A stretch of 55,791 bases of DNA, taken from the IMG/VR virus record IMGVR_UViG_3300027861_000003, positions 1 through 55,791 of that record. One strand, 5' to 3'. A program made the translations under genes and the position numbers. Origin of the DNA: a virus. Each line of letters opens with the position of its first letter. Positions within the stretch are counted from its first letter, which is position 1. Shown here one piece after another: positions 11,101 through 19,324 of this stretch. The notes under the pieces are model-generated. The model saw nothing but the letters and a program-made list of their open reading frames with translations. It searched no databases and had not been told where the DNA came from.

Positions 11101-11207
11101 CCGGCATCCGCACCCTGTTTACCTAGAGTCTCTAGCTTATTACCAGCTTCTGTAATAGATTTCTTGGTAACAACATTAATGCAAATATTTATATTTTCGT
11201 CGCTCAT
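8151..11207 (-). CDS. tail tape measure protein
   Basis: 1018 aa; long Ala/Gly/Leu/Ile helical N-domain, hydrophobic segment, very long Glu/Lys/Gln coiled coil; preceded by a frameshifted chaperone pair. Confidence 0.85.
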   Translation of the reverse strand: MSDENINICINVVTKKSITEAGNKLETLGKQGADAGKKIEQSIKRAQSGIDQIKNAGAFAAGGLAILTAAAVKSLGAFKAFENGLINVEKVTNISGKNLASFGKEIDRLANRIPVGTSELLNISQTAGQLGIEGSKNILAFTESLALLTRTTDLTVDSARSLAQLIAVSGTAPENIGRLSAVIVSLGNNFSATESQILEVSTRIAQSTTQYNLLAEDAVKLGAIIAGVGEKAEASGTAIGKTFRALEGAIISGGAPLEQLIKLTGLQREELSNLFKTNPTELLRKFTEGLGKAKKAGELIPTILSDFGLKTDRVNRVLGPLIKNTENVARAFKLTEEEMTNQSAAIEEARKQFKSLESAEILTKNATIELSKTLGRELEPAYRSVLEFIRTTALATTRFVEDNNRGIKVVLGAISGLTVAFGSLAIAATAAWLGITGPIGLAVAGFGILGSQIAAVIIYWEEITEVIEGAKFLLLAFIEIAVKSFSKLPFLTDSARKSLESLTETIKNEREEISKNITERRKEREEKQKAIDIDNTKREKLRELEQAESDLTEAVKKGNVVNDAAALKDLASIRERILVLRGLGTEATTVEDIRIQKINELQKTYRELEATIDNASSGNRANIIKELELIDQKITKIKEEQQSSKNEKELSEKEKRAEKLLEAEQSFLSKIERLNRVANNKSTDGIRDVLIKQREEKLKSLRQEAIDNGDFSSARNVELKLDEVEKERIEKEARDKRNQRALDDTIAHNEKLAELKQQVSDLEAEQVILEVESQLETDEQELELIQTRLDNIQILKLQAQQKEAEAEGNHLQALRKQREIDAIKQDQFAKVRSDASIRRSKAKAQVETLIAQTTSQQLIGIGDNLMKAGIIQGKTAGKALKALKTGEAIVNTYTGATLALSKYPGPIGILAAAGVVATGLGQVAQIQAQKFATGGVVQAAPSGSRGIDNVPALLSVGEEVLTKNNPRHRDNISKESDQAMIEELKGLRADIQNMQTIVTIDGKEVADVIQEQRFRGVR

Positions 11208-11653
11208 TTTTTCTCGTATGACTGATAAATGTTTTTGTAGGAGTTAACCATGCTAACTATAGTGTAAAGTGTTCCTAGTTGATCAAGAACCCCTCCGCTA
11301 TGCGGCAAGTTTCCTTTCTCCAATTGATCAGCTAAATCCAATAATATTGGCATATTCTCAATTTCATATTCACAAGGACATTGTGTATATTCGTAACCTT
11401 CAATCTCAAATGGTTCGCAATCGCAACCTTCTGTGTCGGCTAATTTTGTATAAATATCTAACTCTGATTTCAGTTCATCAATAGATTCTGGAGAACTTGA
11501 CTTGTGTGAGTCGATATCATTCTGTAAATTTCTAATTCGGTGTGTTAAGCAAGAAAAGCTAGACGGATTAAACATGTGCTTTAACTTAGCCTTGAGTGGT
11601 AGTACTTCATCACTCAAAACCAAATTAAATCGTATAGCTTCATTGATAACCAA
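11204..11653 (-). CDS. tail assembly chaperone, frameshift-extension (T-like) segment
   Basis: Its frame is open from 11710 and is the -1 frame of ORF 11701-12087; no ATG (TTG only), consistent with expression as a fusion. Confidence 0.65.
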   Translation of the reverse strand: MVINEAIRFNLVLSDEVLPLKAKLKHMFNPSSFSCLTHRIRNLQNDIDSHKSSSPESIDELKSELDIYTKLADTEGCDCEPFEIEGYEYTQCPCEYEIENMPILLDLADQLEKGNLPHSGGVLDQLGTLYTIVSMVNSYKNIYQSYEKK

Positions 11654-11700
11654 GGAAAGTAAAAAATTAGGGAAGGGAGCTTGTGGCCCACCTTCCTTAT

Positions 11701-12087
11701 TTAGTTTTTTAGCTTAATTTCCTTGATCGGTTTTTCTTCTGCGTCTAGAATTTCATCCGGTGTGGTGGTCGCCGTTTGAAAGGCGGTTGAAATCAATTCT
11801 TGACTAACAGGTAGAGATAGTAAGTCTTCTATAGCTTCATTTGTTAGGAAGCCGTTTCCATCCTTACTGAGTACATATTCATTACCCTCTTCGTCAACTA
11901 GACCTTTGAAATCTTTAATGCAATGTTTAAGTGCAAACACACCGGCGTCAAAAATCTGAGATAATTGACCACCCTGTGCTGCGAAAACATATTCTTGAAG
12001 TTGTTTCTGCTCTTCCAGTTTCAGTTTACGTAATGTAACTTCCATATCATAGAATTTATAAACTCTTTCTCTTTTTGTAATCTTCAT
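11701..12087 (-). CDS. tail assembly chaperone (G-like)
   Basis: 128 aa, between the tail tube candidate and the tape measure; ends in slippery heptamer A_AAA_AAC followed by TAA. Confidence 0.7.
   Translation of the reverse strand: MKITKRERVYKFYDMEVTLRKLKLEEQKQLQEYVFAAQGGQLSQIFDAGVFALKHCIKDFKGLVDEEGNEYVLSKDGNGFLTNEAIEDLLSLPVSQELISTAFQTATTTPDEILDAEEKPIKEIKLKN
11704..11710 (-). promoter_or_regulatory. Programmed -1 ribosomal frameshift slippery site A_AAA_AAC
   Basis: Minus strand reads cuA AAA AAC UAA; a -1 slip continues KKLNKEGGPQAPFPNFLLSLVINEAIRF..., which is ORF 11204-11653. Confidence 0.7.
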
Positions 12088-12108
12088 ACCGTCTCCACAG
12101 TTATTTTA

Positions 12109-13332
12109 TTATTTTGTTACAAAGGTAACTGACCAAACACTTGTGTCTTTAGCTGTACCTGAGTTTCCTCTAAAGCTCATAGATTCTTCTACAACCAATT
12201 CTCCATCAGGAATTGACTCGTCCGTAATTTGGATATTTGGTAAAGAAAAGATCTTATACTCATCATAAACATTGGCAGTAGCTGTCTTACTTCTAAGTCC
12301 AACAACCATTCTGTTATTTGATCCACTATCGAAGTCATCATAGAAAGTTAGTGCATCGTACTCTGGTAATGTAAAACTACCTTCGCAAGAAATACCACCT
12401 TGTCTAATACCAGCAAGTTGGTCTGGTTGACAGATATCAGTAATAGAACCCGACTCATGACCTAGTGTTAACTCGAAAGTCTTAGGACATAAAGAAACTG
12501 AGTTATAATAACCAAAAGAATCTCTAACTGCTTGACCAGTAGCTGATTCAAAACTAGGATCTCCACCAGCTAGTGAAGTCGAATCACCAGTGTCTCGGTT
12601 ATCAGCTAATCCAGTAAGTGTAAATGCTAATTCTGGAACAGCATTTCTCTCTACATTACTAAGGCTAATTTCAGAAACTTTTGCCGATGTAACATGGTGA
12701 GTAAGAAAAGCACCATCATCTTTAAGTAACCTTTGTCCGATGTCTCCAAATTTAGAAACAGAAGCGCTAGGTCTAATGATTGTACAAGCGAAAACTACGT
12801 CACCATCAACCATAGTAAATGGAGCCGCGTCTTCTAATTCGATTTGAACCGAACCTAATGTAGTTACTGTTGACTTAACTGTTGTTGCGTGATCGACACC
12901 ATTAACATCAAGAACGATTGAATCTCCCTTGACTAATTTAGCTACTTCTGCAACATCGCCGTCTCCAACTCCCATAATGGTTGTTGAATGGGCCACGTTA
13001 GTATCGTCGGCTACAATGTCTGCAACGTCTTCAATTACGTTACCATGCATTTCCCATAATAGGGCTGTTCTTGGTCTTGCTCCAGAGCTATCTCCGGCTT
13101 TAAGAAGAAAGCTTGCTGATGCTTCAACCGATTCAATACCACCATTAACATTTGGTGAAACTGAAACTGCGTCGCCACATACTTCTTCGGTGTCGGTTAC
13201 TGCTCTATTTCCTTTAGATTCGAAAGTTTTAAAGCAAGAAAAGTCACTTGCTGCGACGGTTGAAACAACACTTGTTCCTTCCGTTACGCCTTCTTTCAAA
13301 AATAAAGCTTTATTTTTAATTTTAATCGTCAT
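12109..13332 (-). CDS. major tail (tube) protein candidate
   Basis: 407 aa, directly upstream of the chaperone pair; beta-rich composition; position-based. Confidence 0.5.
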   Translation of the reverse strand: MTIKIKNKALFLKEGVTEGTSVVSTVAASDFSCFKTFESKGNRAVTDTEEVCGDAVSVSPNVNGGIESVEASASFLLKAGDSSGARPRTALLWEMHGNVIEDVADIVADDTNVAHSTTIMGVGDGDVAEVAKLVKGDSIVLDVNGVDHATTVKSTVTTLGSVQIELEDAAPFTMVDGDVVFACTIIRPSASVSKFGDIGQRLLKDDGAFLTHHVTSAKVSEISLSNVERNAVPELAFTLTGLADNRDTGDSTSLAGGDPSFESATGQAVRDSFGYYNSVSLCPKTFELTLGHESGSITDICQPDQLAGIRQGGISCEGSFTLPEYDALTFYDDFDSGSNNRMVVGLRSKTATANVYDEYKIFSLPNIQITDESIPDGELVVEESMSFRGNSGTAKDTSVWSVTFVTK

Positions 13333-13345
13333 GTAATTTACCTCT

Positions 13346-13861
13346 TTAAAGCTTTGTTACGACTGTGAAAGTTGATTCTGATAAAATAAATTGTTTATCG
13401 TTTAATTCTGTGTGTGTTAAAGATGTGTGGTCTTTTAATTTGTGTGTGGTAATGTTATTATAAATATCTAGTAGTATATCTTTGCCGATTGCGGGTCTAC
13501 TGAATCTCACAGAACCATCATTAGCTATACCAGAGTTTGGTTGAGTTATTCTTACCAGAAAAGTAACATCGAAATATCCTGTACCATTTACAGTATTGCT
13601 AGTATTTAAACCGCCGCATATTTCATCTTGTTCTGGGAATTCTGCAAAATAACTATCTTCTTCGATTTCTACCATATTACTTATGATCAAATCGAACTGA
13701 TAAGGATTAGCAGCTAGTCTTTCGTTTTTTTCTATTTCGTCAATATCAGTATCTTCTAATCTTTGGAAATTCTTAGTAGAATATGTAGCATCTCCATTCA
13801 GAAATGTTTCTATCTGAGTAAAGATATCATCATTTAATGCTCTATAAAGCGAAGTTGCCAT
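13346..13861 (-). CDS. tail terminator / head-tail connector candidate
   Basis: 171 aa, upstream of the tube gene; position only. Confidence 0.35.
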   Translation of the reverse strand: MATSLYRALNDDIFTQIETFLNGDATYSTKNFQRLEDTDIDEIEKNERLAANPYQFDLIISNMVEIEEDSYFAEFPEQDEICGGLNTSNTVNGTGYFDVTFLVRITQPNSGIANDGSVRFSRPAIGKDILLDIYNNITTHKLKDHTSLTHTELNDKQFILSESTFTVVTKL

Positions 13862-14340
13862 TATCTACTTAACCTATGTACCGATAGTTGCGTGTTGTGT
13901 CTCTCTTCGTCATCAAGAACACCGTCGCCATCGCTGTCAAAACCAAATGGTATAAGACCTAATTTGTCATTTGCTGAGATTTCTCTTTCTCTCATTTGGA
14001 TATACATAGCACTGTCAGTATCGCCACCGCTTGTTAGCCAGTTTTGCTTTAAAATATATGCAACAGCAAAATCTACTGCTATTTTCTTCAACGGCTCAGC
14101 ATCAACTAAATCAGCTTCGCTTGCTGTAAAATATTTATAAACGCCCGGATCAGCCGGATCTTCTTTGAAAACTCTTTTATTGTTCTTTTGTAACTCAGTT
14201 ACAATTTGGTCTGTGCCATGCTGACATGCTTCTGCGAAGTCTGATTGGCCATTAAAATAAAACCAACTTCCTGCATTATTTCCATCAACATCAACGGTTG
14301 TATATATCTTTGGTAAATCTGCATCTACTATTATAGCCAT
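13861..14340 (-). CDS. head-tail connector candidate
   Basis: Track ORF 13861-14400 trimmed to the ATG at 14340 (MAIIVDAD...), which has an AGGAAAA SD-like upstream. Confidence 0.4.
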   Translation of the reverse strand: MAIIVDADLPKIYTTVDVDGNNAGSWFYFNGQSDFAEACQHGTDQIVTELQKNNKRVFKEDPADPGVYKYFTASEADLVDAEPLKKIAVDFAVAYILKQNWLTSGGDTDSAMYIQMREREISANDKLGLIPFGFDSDGDGVLDDEERHNTQLSVHRLSR

Positions 14341-14582
14341 GTTTTTCCTATTTTTATAATAAGCTGTGTTGCTCCGCCAATTACTAGAAAGCCACCACAT
14401 ACTTTACTGAAAGATATTAGATGTTCTTTTATTGTTTTTTTACCAATGTTTTCTACGGCTGAAATACGATTTGTATTATCGTGAATTTCTTCTTTAATGG
14501 ACTTGTGTTCTTCCATTAGATGCTTTATATTGGTATTGTTTTCAATCGTTAGTTGGTAGATCTTTTCGTTTAATTCACTCAT
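14331..14582 (-). CDS. small coiled-coil protein with C-terminal membrane anchor (AT-rich insert)
   Basis: 83 aa; C-terminal VCGGFLVIGGATQLIIKIG hydrophobic stretch. Confidence 0.5.
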   Translation of the reverse strand: MSELNEKIYQLTIENNTNIKHLMEEHKSIKEEIHDNTNRISAVENIGKKTIKEHLISFSKVCGGFLVIGGATQLIIKIGKTWL

Positions 14583-14596
14583 AACAATCCTATATA

Positions 14597-15088
14597 TTAA
14601 TAATTTTCACTAACATAATTATCTATTTTTGTTTTTAATATATCATGTAATTCTTGTGTGTAACCTTGTTCTACCACAATAGAAAGTAGTTCGTATTGTG
14701 CAGTTGCCCAATCTCCTGATTTTAAAAAACTTTTGATATTTAATAGTTTCTTTTCTATAAAATATGCATCTTCTATTGATATATCTCCATTTCTATATCT
14801 ATTACTTATATCTAAGTTAAATTTATTATAAAAATTATTACCATCGTAAGCTTGTTTTTCATAAATTTTTTCAATTTTTGTTATAGATTCATCGTTACTT
14901 GTTAGTGAAGAGTAGTAGGTTGCTATTAAATTTTTATCTTCTTGTGTTGGTTCTTGTGTAAAATATAAATATAAAGTATTTAACTTACCAGTGGTAAATC
15001 CCGTGAATAGTGGGTAATTTTCTAACATAAATTCATTAAAAAGTTTATGATCAGCATTTATATTGAATGTAATATCTAATCTATACAT
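14597..15088 (-). CDS. hypothetical protein (AT-rich insert)
   Basis: 163-aa ORF, Asn/Lys/Tyr/Ile-rich, composition unlike the flanking virion genes. Confidence 0.5.
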   Translation of the reverse strand: MYRLDITFNINADHKLFNEFMLENYPLFTGFTTGKLNTLYLYFTQEPTQEDKNLIATYYSSLTSNDESITKIEKIYEKQAYDGNNFYNKFNLDISNRYRNGDISIEDAYFIEKKLLNIKSFLKSGDWATAQYELLSIVVEQGYTQELHDILKTKIDNYVSENY

Positions 15089-15435
15089 TTAAACTCACAT
15101 TTTTTAGACTGATTACTAAATTCTTTGCAAACCAATGGTCTATCTTCGTATATAGTACATAATCTTGTTTTTTTATCTAAAAACACACAGTATCCATCAT
15201 CTTGTTTTTTTAAAGTGGCATAATTATCCTTATATAAATTAAAAATAAATTCTATTTTTTCATTAGAGTTATATAAAGGATTATTTTTTAAAAAATTATT
15301 TAATTTATTTATTATTTTATCATCATGTCCCATTTCTATAAAATATAAATATTCTTTATATGTTATATCTACCTCTAATTTACAACAAGTAGAAATACAT
15401 TCTAAACAATTATTTAAACCCAAGTTGCTATCCAT
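15076..15435 (-). CDS. YkgJ/UPF0153-type cysteine-cluster (CxxCxxCC) protein
   Basis: 119 aa; CLECISTCC near the N-terminus plus GYCVFLD...RLCTIYEDRPLVCKEF, the pattern of zinc/iron-chelating YkgJ-family proteins. Confidence 0.6.
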   Translation of the reverse strand: MDSNLGLNNCLECISTCCKLEVDITYKEYLYFIEMGHDDKIINKLNNFLKNNPLYNSNEKIEFIFNLYKDNYATLKKQDDGYCVFLDKKTRLCTIYEDRPLVCKEFSNQSKKCEFKCID

Positions 15436-16826
15436 ATCTCACCTTCCGTCCATGTTGTTGAGTCTGAAAGGGTACTTAAAAATAAATGAACCACATCTCC
15501 TTGATTTAAAGACACCTGACCCCAGACTCCATGAATTCCGTTTTGTTTATTTTTCTTGGCTTGTTGTGTTTGTGTCCAAGGTTTGGCAGATACAATAGCT
15601 CCTGATCCTGTATCAATACCATAGGCAAGTTCTATAGCCCCGTCATCTTTATTTAGATTAGTTCCTATATTAATTTTACCACTTATTAAGTAAATACCTG
15701 TTTTTGGTACCACTACTTCTAAAGTTCCTGATGATGGTACGCATTCTAGAGGTGTACCGAAAGTTGCATTTATTGTACCACCATTTAAATTAGAATCTTT
15801 TACTTGATAAATTTTTTCTGATGTTACGGTTGTTTTATTTGAACCTTCATCAACTACAGAAGTAATGCCGCTCCCAAAATTAAGTGTGTCTGTTAATGTT
15901 CCGATTGTTACATTATCTTTTTGGACTACTATATTAGAACCTGTACCAGTGTCGCCTTTGTCTCCCTTAGTTGCTTGTAGTTTTATTACAGAAAAACTAG
16001 ACTCACTACCTTGGAATGTTCCTGTATTAACTGAACCCGCGCTCTGAGACTCCAATTGTATTTGAACTTCTATATAATCATTTGCATTTAATTTAACAGG
16101 AGATGGATTTACAACACATGTCCAAAAATCAGAAGATGCTCCAGAGTTTCTTATATATGCAGAACCATATGGCTGTGTTTGAACTACACCATTTATTATA
16201 ACTTTAGATACAAATTGACTTCTTTGGCTATTAGAACTTACTCTCAAATTAGCCTCAATTTTATATGTCCCTTCTTCTGATACAGTTATTCTACTATTGT
16301 TTGTGGTATTATCGTGTAAAAATCCTGTGTCTTTTTCCACCTCATTATCCCAACTTAGTATTTCAGCACTTAATATATCTATAGATGTACTATTGTCTGA
16401 GGAATCTAGTACAATAATTGGTAAAGCAAGATCTGCACTTAAGTCTGATATTTGCGATTTTGTTATAGTTATTTTAGACTCATCAAATGCTATTTTTAAA
16501 TCTTCGTCAGCACCATCATTTACTTCTTTTACTTCTAAAGCGTTTGTTGTATTAGTTTCATCAGAAGTAATTATTTTATTTATTAAAAAACTTGAAGTTG
16601 TATCATTAGAAGAGATTTTTACATTCTCATCTATACTCTCTGGTTTTCTAACTGTACCTATTGTTGTATATGATACACCATCTATATCATAATCTTGGGT
16701 ATTTACTAAATCACCTGATTCATCAAAAATAAATGCTCTATAGAAGTTTACTTTAGAACTACCCTGATCGTCTACAAGACATTGCAATTTGATATTAGTA
16801 TTGGGATTGTCATCATTAATCGGCAT
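15414..16826 (-). CDS. fibre-like protein with short collagen-like tract
   Basis: 470 aa; GDKGDTGTG triplets mid-protein, Ser/Thr/Asn/Gly-rich beta segments. Confidence 0.5.
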   Translation of the reverse strand: MPINDDNPNTNIKLQCLVDDQGSSKVNFYRAFIFDESGDLVNTQDYDIDGVSYTTIGTVRKPESIDENVKISSNDTTSSFLINKIITSDETNTTNALEVKEVNDGADEDLKIAFDESKITITKSQISDLSADLALPIIVLDSSDNSTSIDILSAEILSWDNEVEKDTGFLHDNTTNNSRITVSEEGTYKIEANLRVSSNSQRSQFVSKVIINGVVQTQPYGSAYIRNSGASSDFWTCVVNPSPVKLNANDYIEVQIQLESQSAGSVNTGTFQGSESSFSVIKLQATKGDKGDTGTGSNIVVQKDNVTIGTLTDTLNFGSGITSVVDEGSNKTTVTSEKIYQVKDSNLNGGTINATFGTPLECVPSSGTLEVVVPKTGIYLISGKINIGTNLNKDDGAIELAYGIDTGSGAIVSAKPWTQTQQAKKNKQNGIHGVWGQVSLNQGDVVHLFLSTLSDSTTWTEGEIWIATWV

Positions 16827-16959
16827 TTTTAATCTCTTGGTATTTATCTAGTAACCATTTATATGAGCATATTAATGCATGTGCTTTAGTTAAATCCATA
16901 TTAAAATTCTCAGTTTTTAATAATTCTAAAATAAATTCTATTTTTTGTTTTTCTGTCAT
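16816..16959 (-). CDS. small hypothetical protein (47 aa, below the ORF-track cutoff)
   Basis: Hand translation MTEKQKIEFILELLKTENFN...; ATG overlaps the upstream stop (TAATG) and its end overlaps the downstream start. Confidence 0.4.
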   Translation of the reverse strand: MTEKQKIEFILELLKTENFNMDLTKAHALICSYKWLLDKYQEIKNAD

Positions 16960-17624
16960 TATGCTAGTTCTATAATCCTTACATCGGAAGTACCGGTGTT
17001 GGTTATAGCATGTACGTCTATACCAGCGCCTAGTCTAAATTCGGCAGTTGCTCCCTTTGGTACTTTAGTTCCGTTATTCTTTGTGACAGAAGAATCACAA
17101 CCAATGTAGATAGGTTTATTTCCTAAATTTTGAATACTTATAGTTTTTCTATTTACTAATTCGGTTGCTACCAAATCAGTGGCTGTGTTACCAACGGAAA
17201 TTGCTGCATAAGCACAGCTAGAAAATCCCGCCTCACTAGAATTAACATTAATAGATCCATCACTTTCGATTACTAGAAAATCAGTCCCGTCACCAATTTT
17301 CATTGAATCACTAACGTGTGTTAAATTTCTAATATCAAAATCTACACCATCGACAGTAATAGATCCGCCTCCGTCTCCAATAACCCAAGGACTTGTGCCC
17401 TGTTGAACTGTTACGGTTTCTAAAGCTGCCAATGTGGCCGCATCAAGTGATACTTCTCCATCGATGGTTATGTTACCAGTGTTTGCTATATTAACATCTA
17501 ACGCCTCTACAGCACCAAAAGTTGTATGTGTTAAAAGTGTTCCGTCACTAGATTTTAAGAATGCACCTACCTGATCGCAATCTGTTTCTGATGGATCAAA
17601 ATCTAATTGGTGTTTATTGATCAT
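16959..17624 (-). CDS. hypothetical virion protein (Gly/Thr/Ser/Val-rich)
   Basis: 221-aa ORF in the head-proximal block. Confidence 0.5.
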   Translation of the reverse strand: MINKHQLDFDPSETDCDQVGAFLKSSDGTLLTHTTFGAVEALDVNIANTGNITIDGEVSLDAATLAALETVTVQQGTSPWVIGDGGGSITVDGVDFDIRNLTHVSDSMKIGDGTDFLVIESDGSINVNSSEAGFSSCAYAAISVGNTATDLVATELVNRKTISIQNLGNKPIYIGCDSSVTKNNGTKVPKGATAEFRLGAGIDVHAITNTGTSDVRIIELA

Positions 17625-17634
17625 TTATATTACC

Positions 17635-17961
17635 TTATGTCCAAGTTAGTATTTCTATTATACCGGCTTTATTGGTTCTATAGAATAAAGTTTCGTTCTG
17701 GATATTTAAGTCACTTTCGCAATAGTTTGCTCCCTTGGGAACTTCTATATAATTGATTAATCCCGTTATGAAAGAAAAATCTATTTTACCATTGTCTCGG
17801 TGTTTAATTAAAATTTTCTTAGTACCGTTTGGTAGTGAATATGAAAGTTCATTACCAACGTCTCCAACTTCTATTATAATATTTTGTATATTTGGTGATG
17901 TAGTTCCCTGTGCCGAATCACTTAGTACAGGAAAATTACCACAATAGCTATAAGAAGCCAC
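17635..17961 (-). CDS. hypothetical virion-module protein
   Basis: 108-aa ORF; coupled to its neighbours. Confidence 0.5.
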   Translation of the reverse strand: MASYSYCGNFPVLSDSAQGTTSPNIQNIIIEVGDVGNELSYSLPNGTKKILIKHRDNGKIDFSFITGLINYIEVPKGANYCESDLNIQNETLFYRTNKAGIIEILTWT

Positions 17962-18344
17962 TATTCAACTATTCCAGATACCTTAACATTGGACTGACCT
18001 GAATCAACCACAAAACGAATATCGATATCGTTAAATTTTCTACTAATATGTATCATGTGACTTCCAAAAGTTCCTGACATATCAATGTTATCAACTAGCA
18101 GACCGTCGCAATCTATAAACTTCATCTGGTTATAATTCATGTTCGCCTTGGATCTACCAAATAGAACAATACTAATAACACCAGTGTTGTTTTGCCAATC
18201 GATTTGTAAAGTAGTCTCTCGGGATTGACTTATTCCCATATTGAAAGACGGACCACTGATAACCCCACTTTGATCATAAACCGTACTCGTATCCACAAGT
18301 AGCTCTGGTCTATCAAAGTGTTTGGTTATCGCGGTACTACTCAT
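17961..18344 (-). CDS. hypothetical virion-module protein
   Basis: 127-aa ORF; start/stop overlap with neighbours. Confidence 0.5.
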   Translation of the reverse strand: MSSTAITKHFDRPELLVDTSTVYDQSGVISGPSFNMGISQSRETTLQIDWQNNTGVISIVLFGRSKANMNYNQMKFIDCDGLLVDNIDMSGTFGSHMIHISRKFNDIDIRFVVDSGQSNVKVSGIVE

Positions 18345-18880
18345 TATTTATCTTCTTTTTCTTCTTTAGCTTTTTTAGCCTTAGCTTTCTTTAACGCTTC
18401 TTGACGTTTAGCCTCTGCCTTTTCTGTCTTGGCCTGCTTTTCCATTTCTTCTTTCTCAGAATCACTAGGTTCGCTATCTACACTTTCCATTTCTTTCTTA
18501 AGTTCATCCATCTTCTTTTTCATTTCAGCTTTCTTAGCATCTTTCTCAGCTTTCTCAGCAGCTTTCTTAGCTTCTGATGCTGCCTTATCCATTGCGGCTT
18601 GCATTTCAGCTTCTTTCTTTTCATCAACTCTATAGAAAGCACTTGCTCTATGTCCAAGGATAATTACTTTACCTTCGATTTTTCTACCGTAGTCATTTAA
18701 TTGTTTTGTAACCGATAAAACACTTCCTGAGATAAACTTAATCTCTCTATCATCATCACAAGGTTCAGCGATACATTGAATCATCCCATTAGTATGTTCA
18801 ATACTATGAATCTTACTCTTAGTTGAATTAAGTCTTTCACAAATTTGGTTTGGGTTACTAGCTTGAAAATGCTTATACAT
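18344..18880 (-). CDS. hypothetical protein with Lys/Glu/Ala-rich C-terminal tail
   Basis: 178 aa; C-terminal 90 aa is almost entirely K/E/A/M low complexity. Confidence 0.5.
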   Translation of the reverse strand: MYKHFQASNPNQICERLNSTKSKIHSIEHTNGMIQCIAEPCDDDREIKFISGSVLSVTKQLNDYGRKIEGKVIILGHRASAFYRVDEKKEAEMQAAMDKAASEAKKAAEKAEKDAKKAEMKKKMDELKKEMESVDSEPSDSEKEEMEKQAKTEKAEAKRQEALKKAKAKKAKEEKEDK

Positions 18881-19271
18881 CTTTTTCTTCTCCTGAATCT
18901 ACAAATGAATCTAATCCAATAGTATAGCTAGTAATAGCCGATTTCCATTTGTCTTTAGTTTGGGTATAATCTAATGTTAAATCTTTTAATAATTCATCAT
19001 TCAATAATATATATCTCTGATACGTATGTATCTCTATCTTTCTATTTTTAATTTCTTCTAACTTACTCTGTAAATGCTCGGTAGCCAATTCGACTTCCTT
19101 CTCAAAACTAGCAGCAAGTTCATTATGTTCTTGTATAAGTTCACCTATTAACTCGTCGTTACCAAGTGCGTAATTCTTATATTGATCTATTTCTTGTCTA
19201 ATTGATTCTTGTTCATCTTCGAACTTCATAACATCTTGTCTTAAATTCCACAATTCCTTTGCTTCTTTCAT
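18873..19271 (-). CDS. hypothetical coiled-coil protein
   Basis: Track ORF 18873-19319 (TTG) trimmed to the ATG at 19271 (MKEAKELW...), preceded by GGAGA. Confidence 0.45.
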   Translation of the reverse strand: MKEAKELWNLRQDVMKFEDEQESIRQEIDQYKNYALGNDELIGELIQEHNELAASFEKEVELATEHLQSKLEEIKNRKIEIHTYQRYILLNDELLKDLTLDYTQTKDKWKSAITSYTIGLDSFVDSGEEKDV

Positions 19272-19324
19272 ACCATCTCCACGATTTGAAAATGGCCCGA
19301 TGGTTCCCCACCGAGCCAATTATA

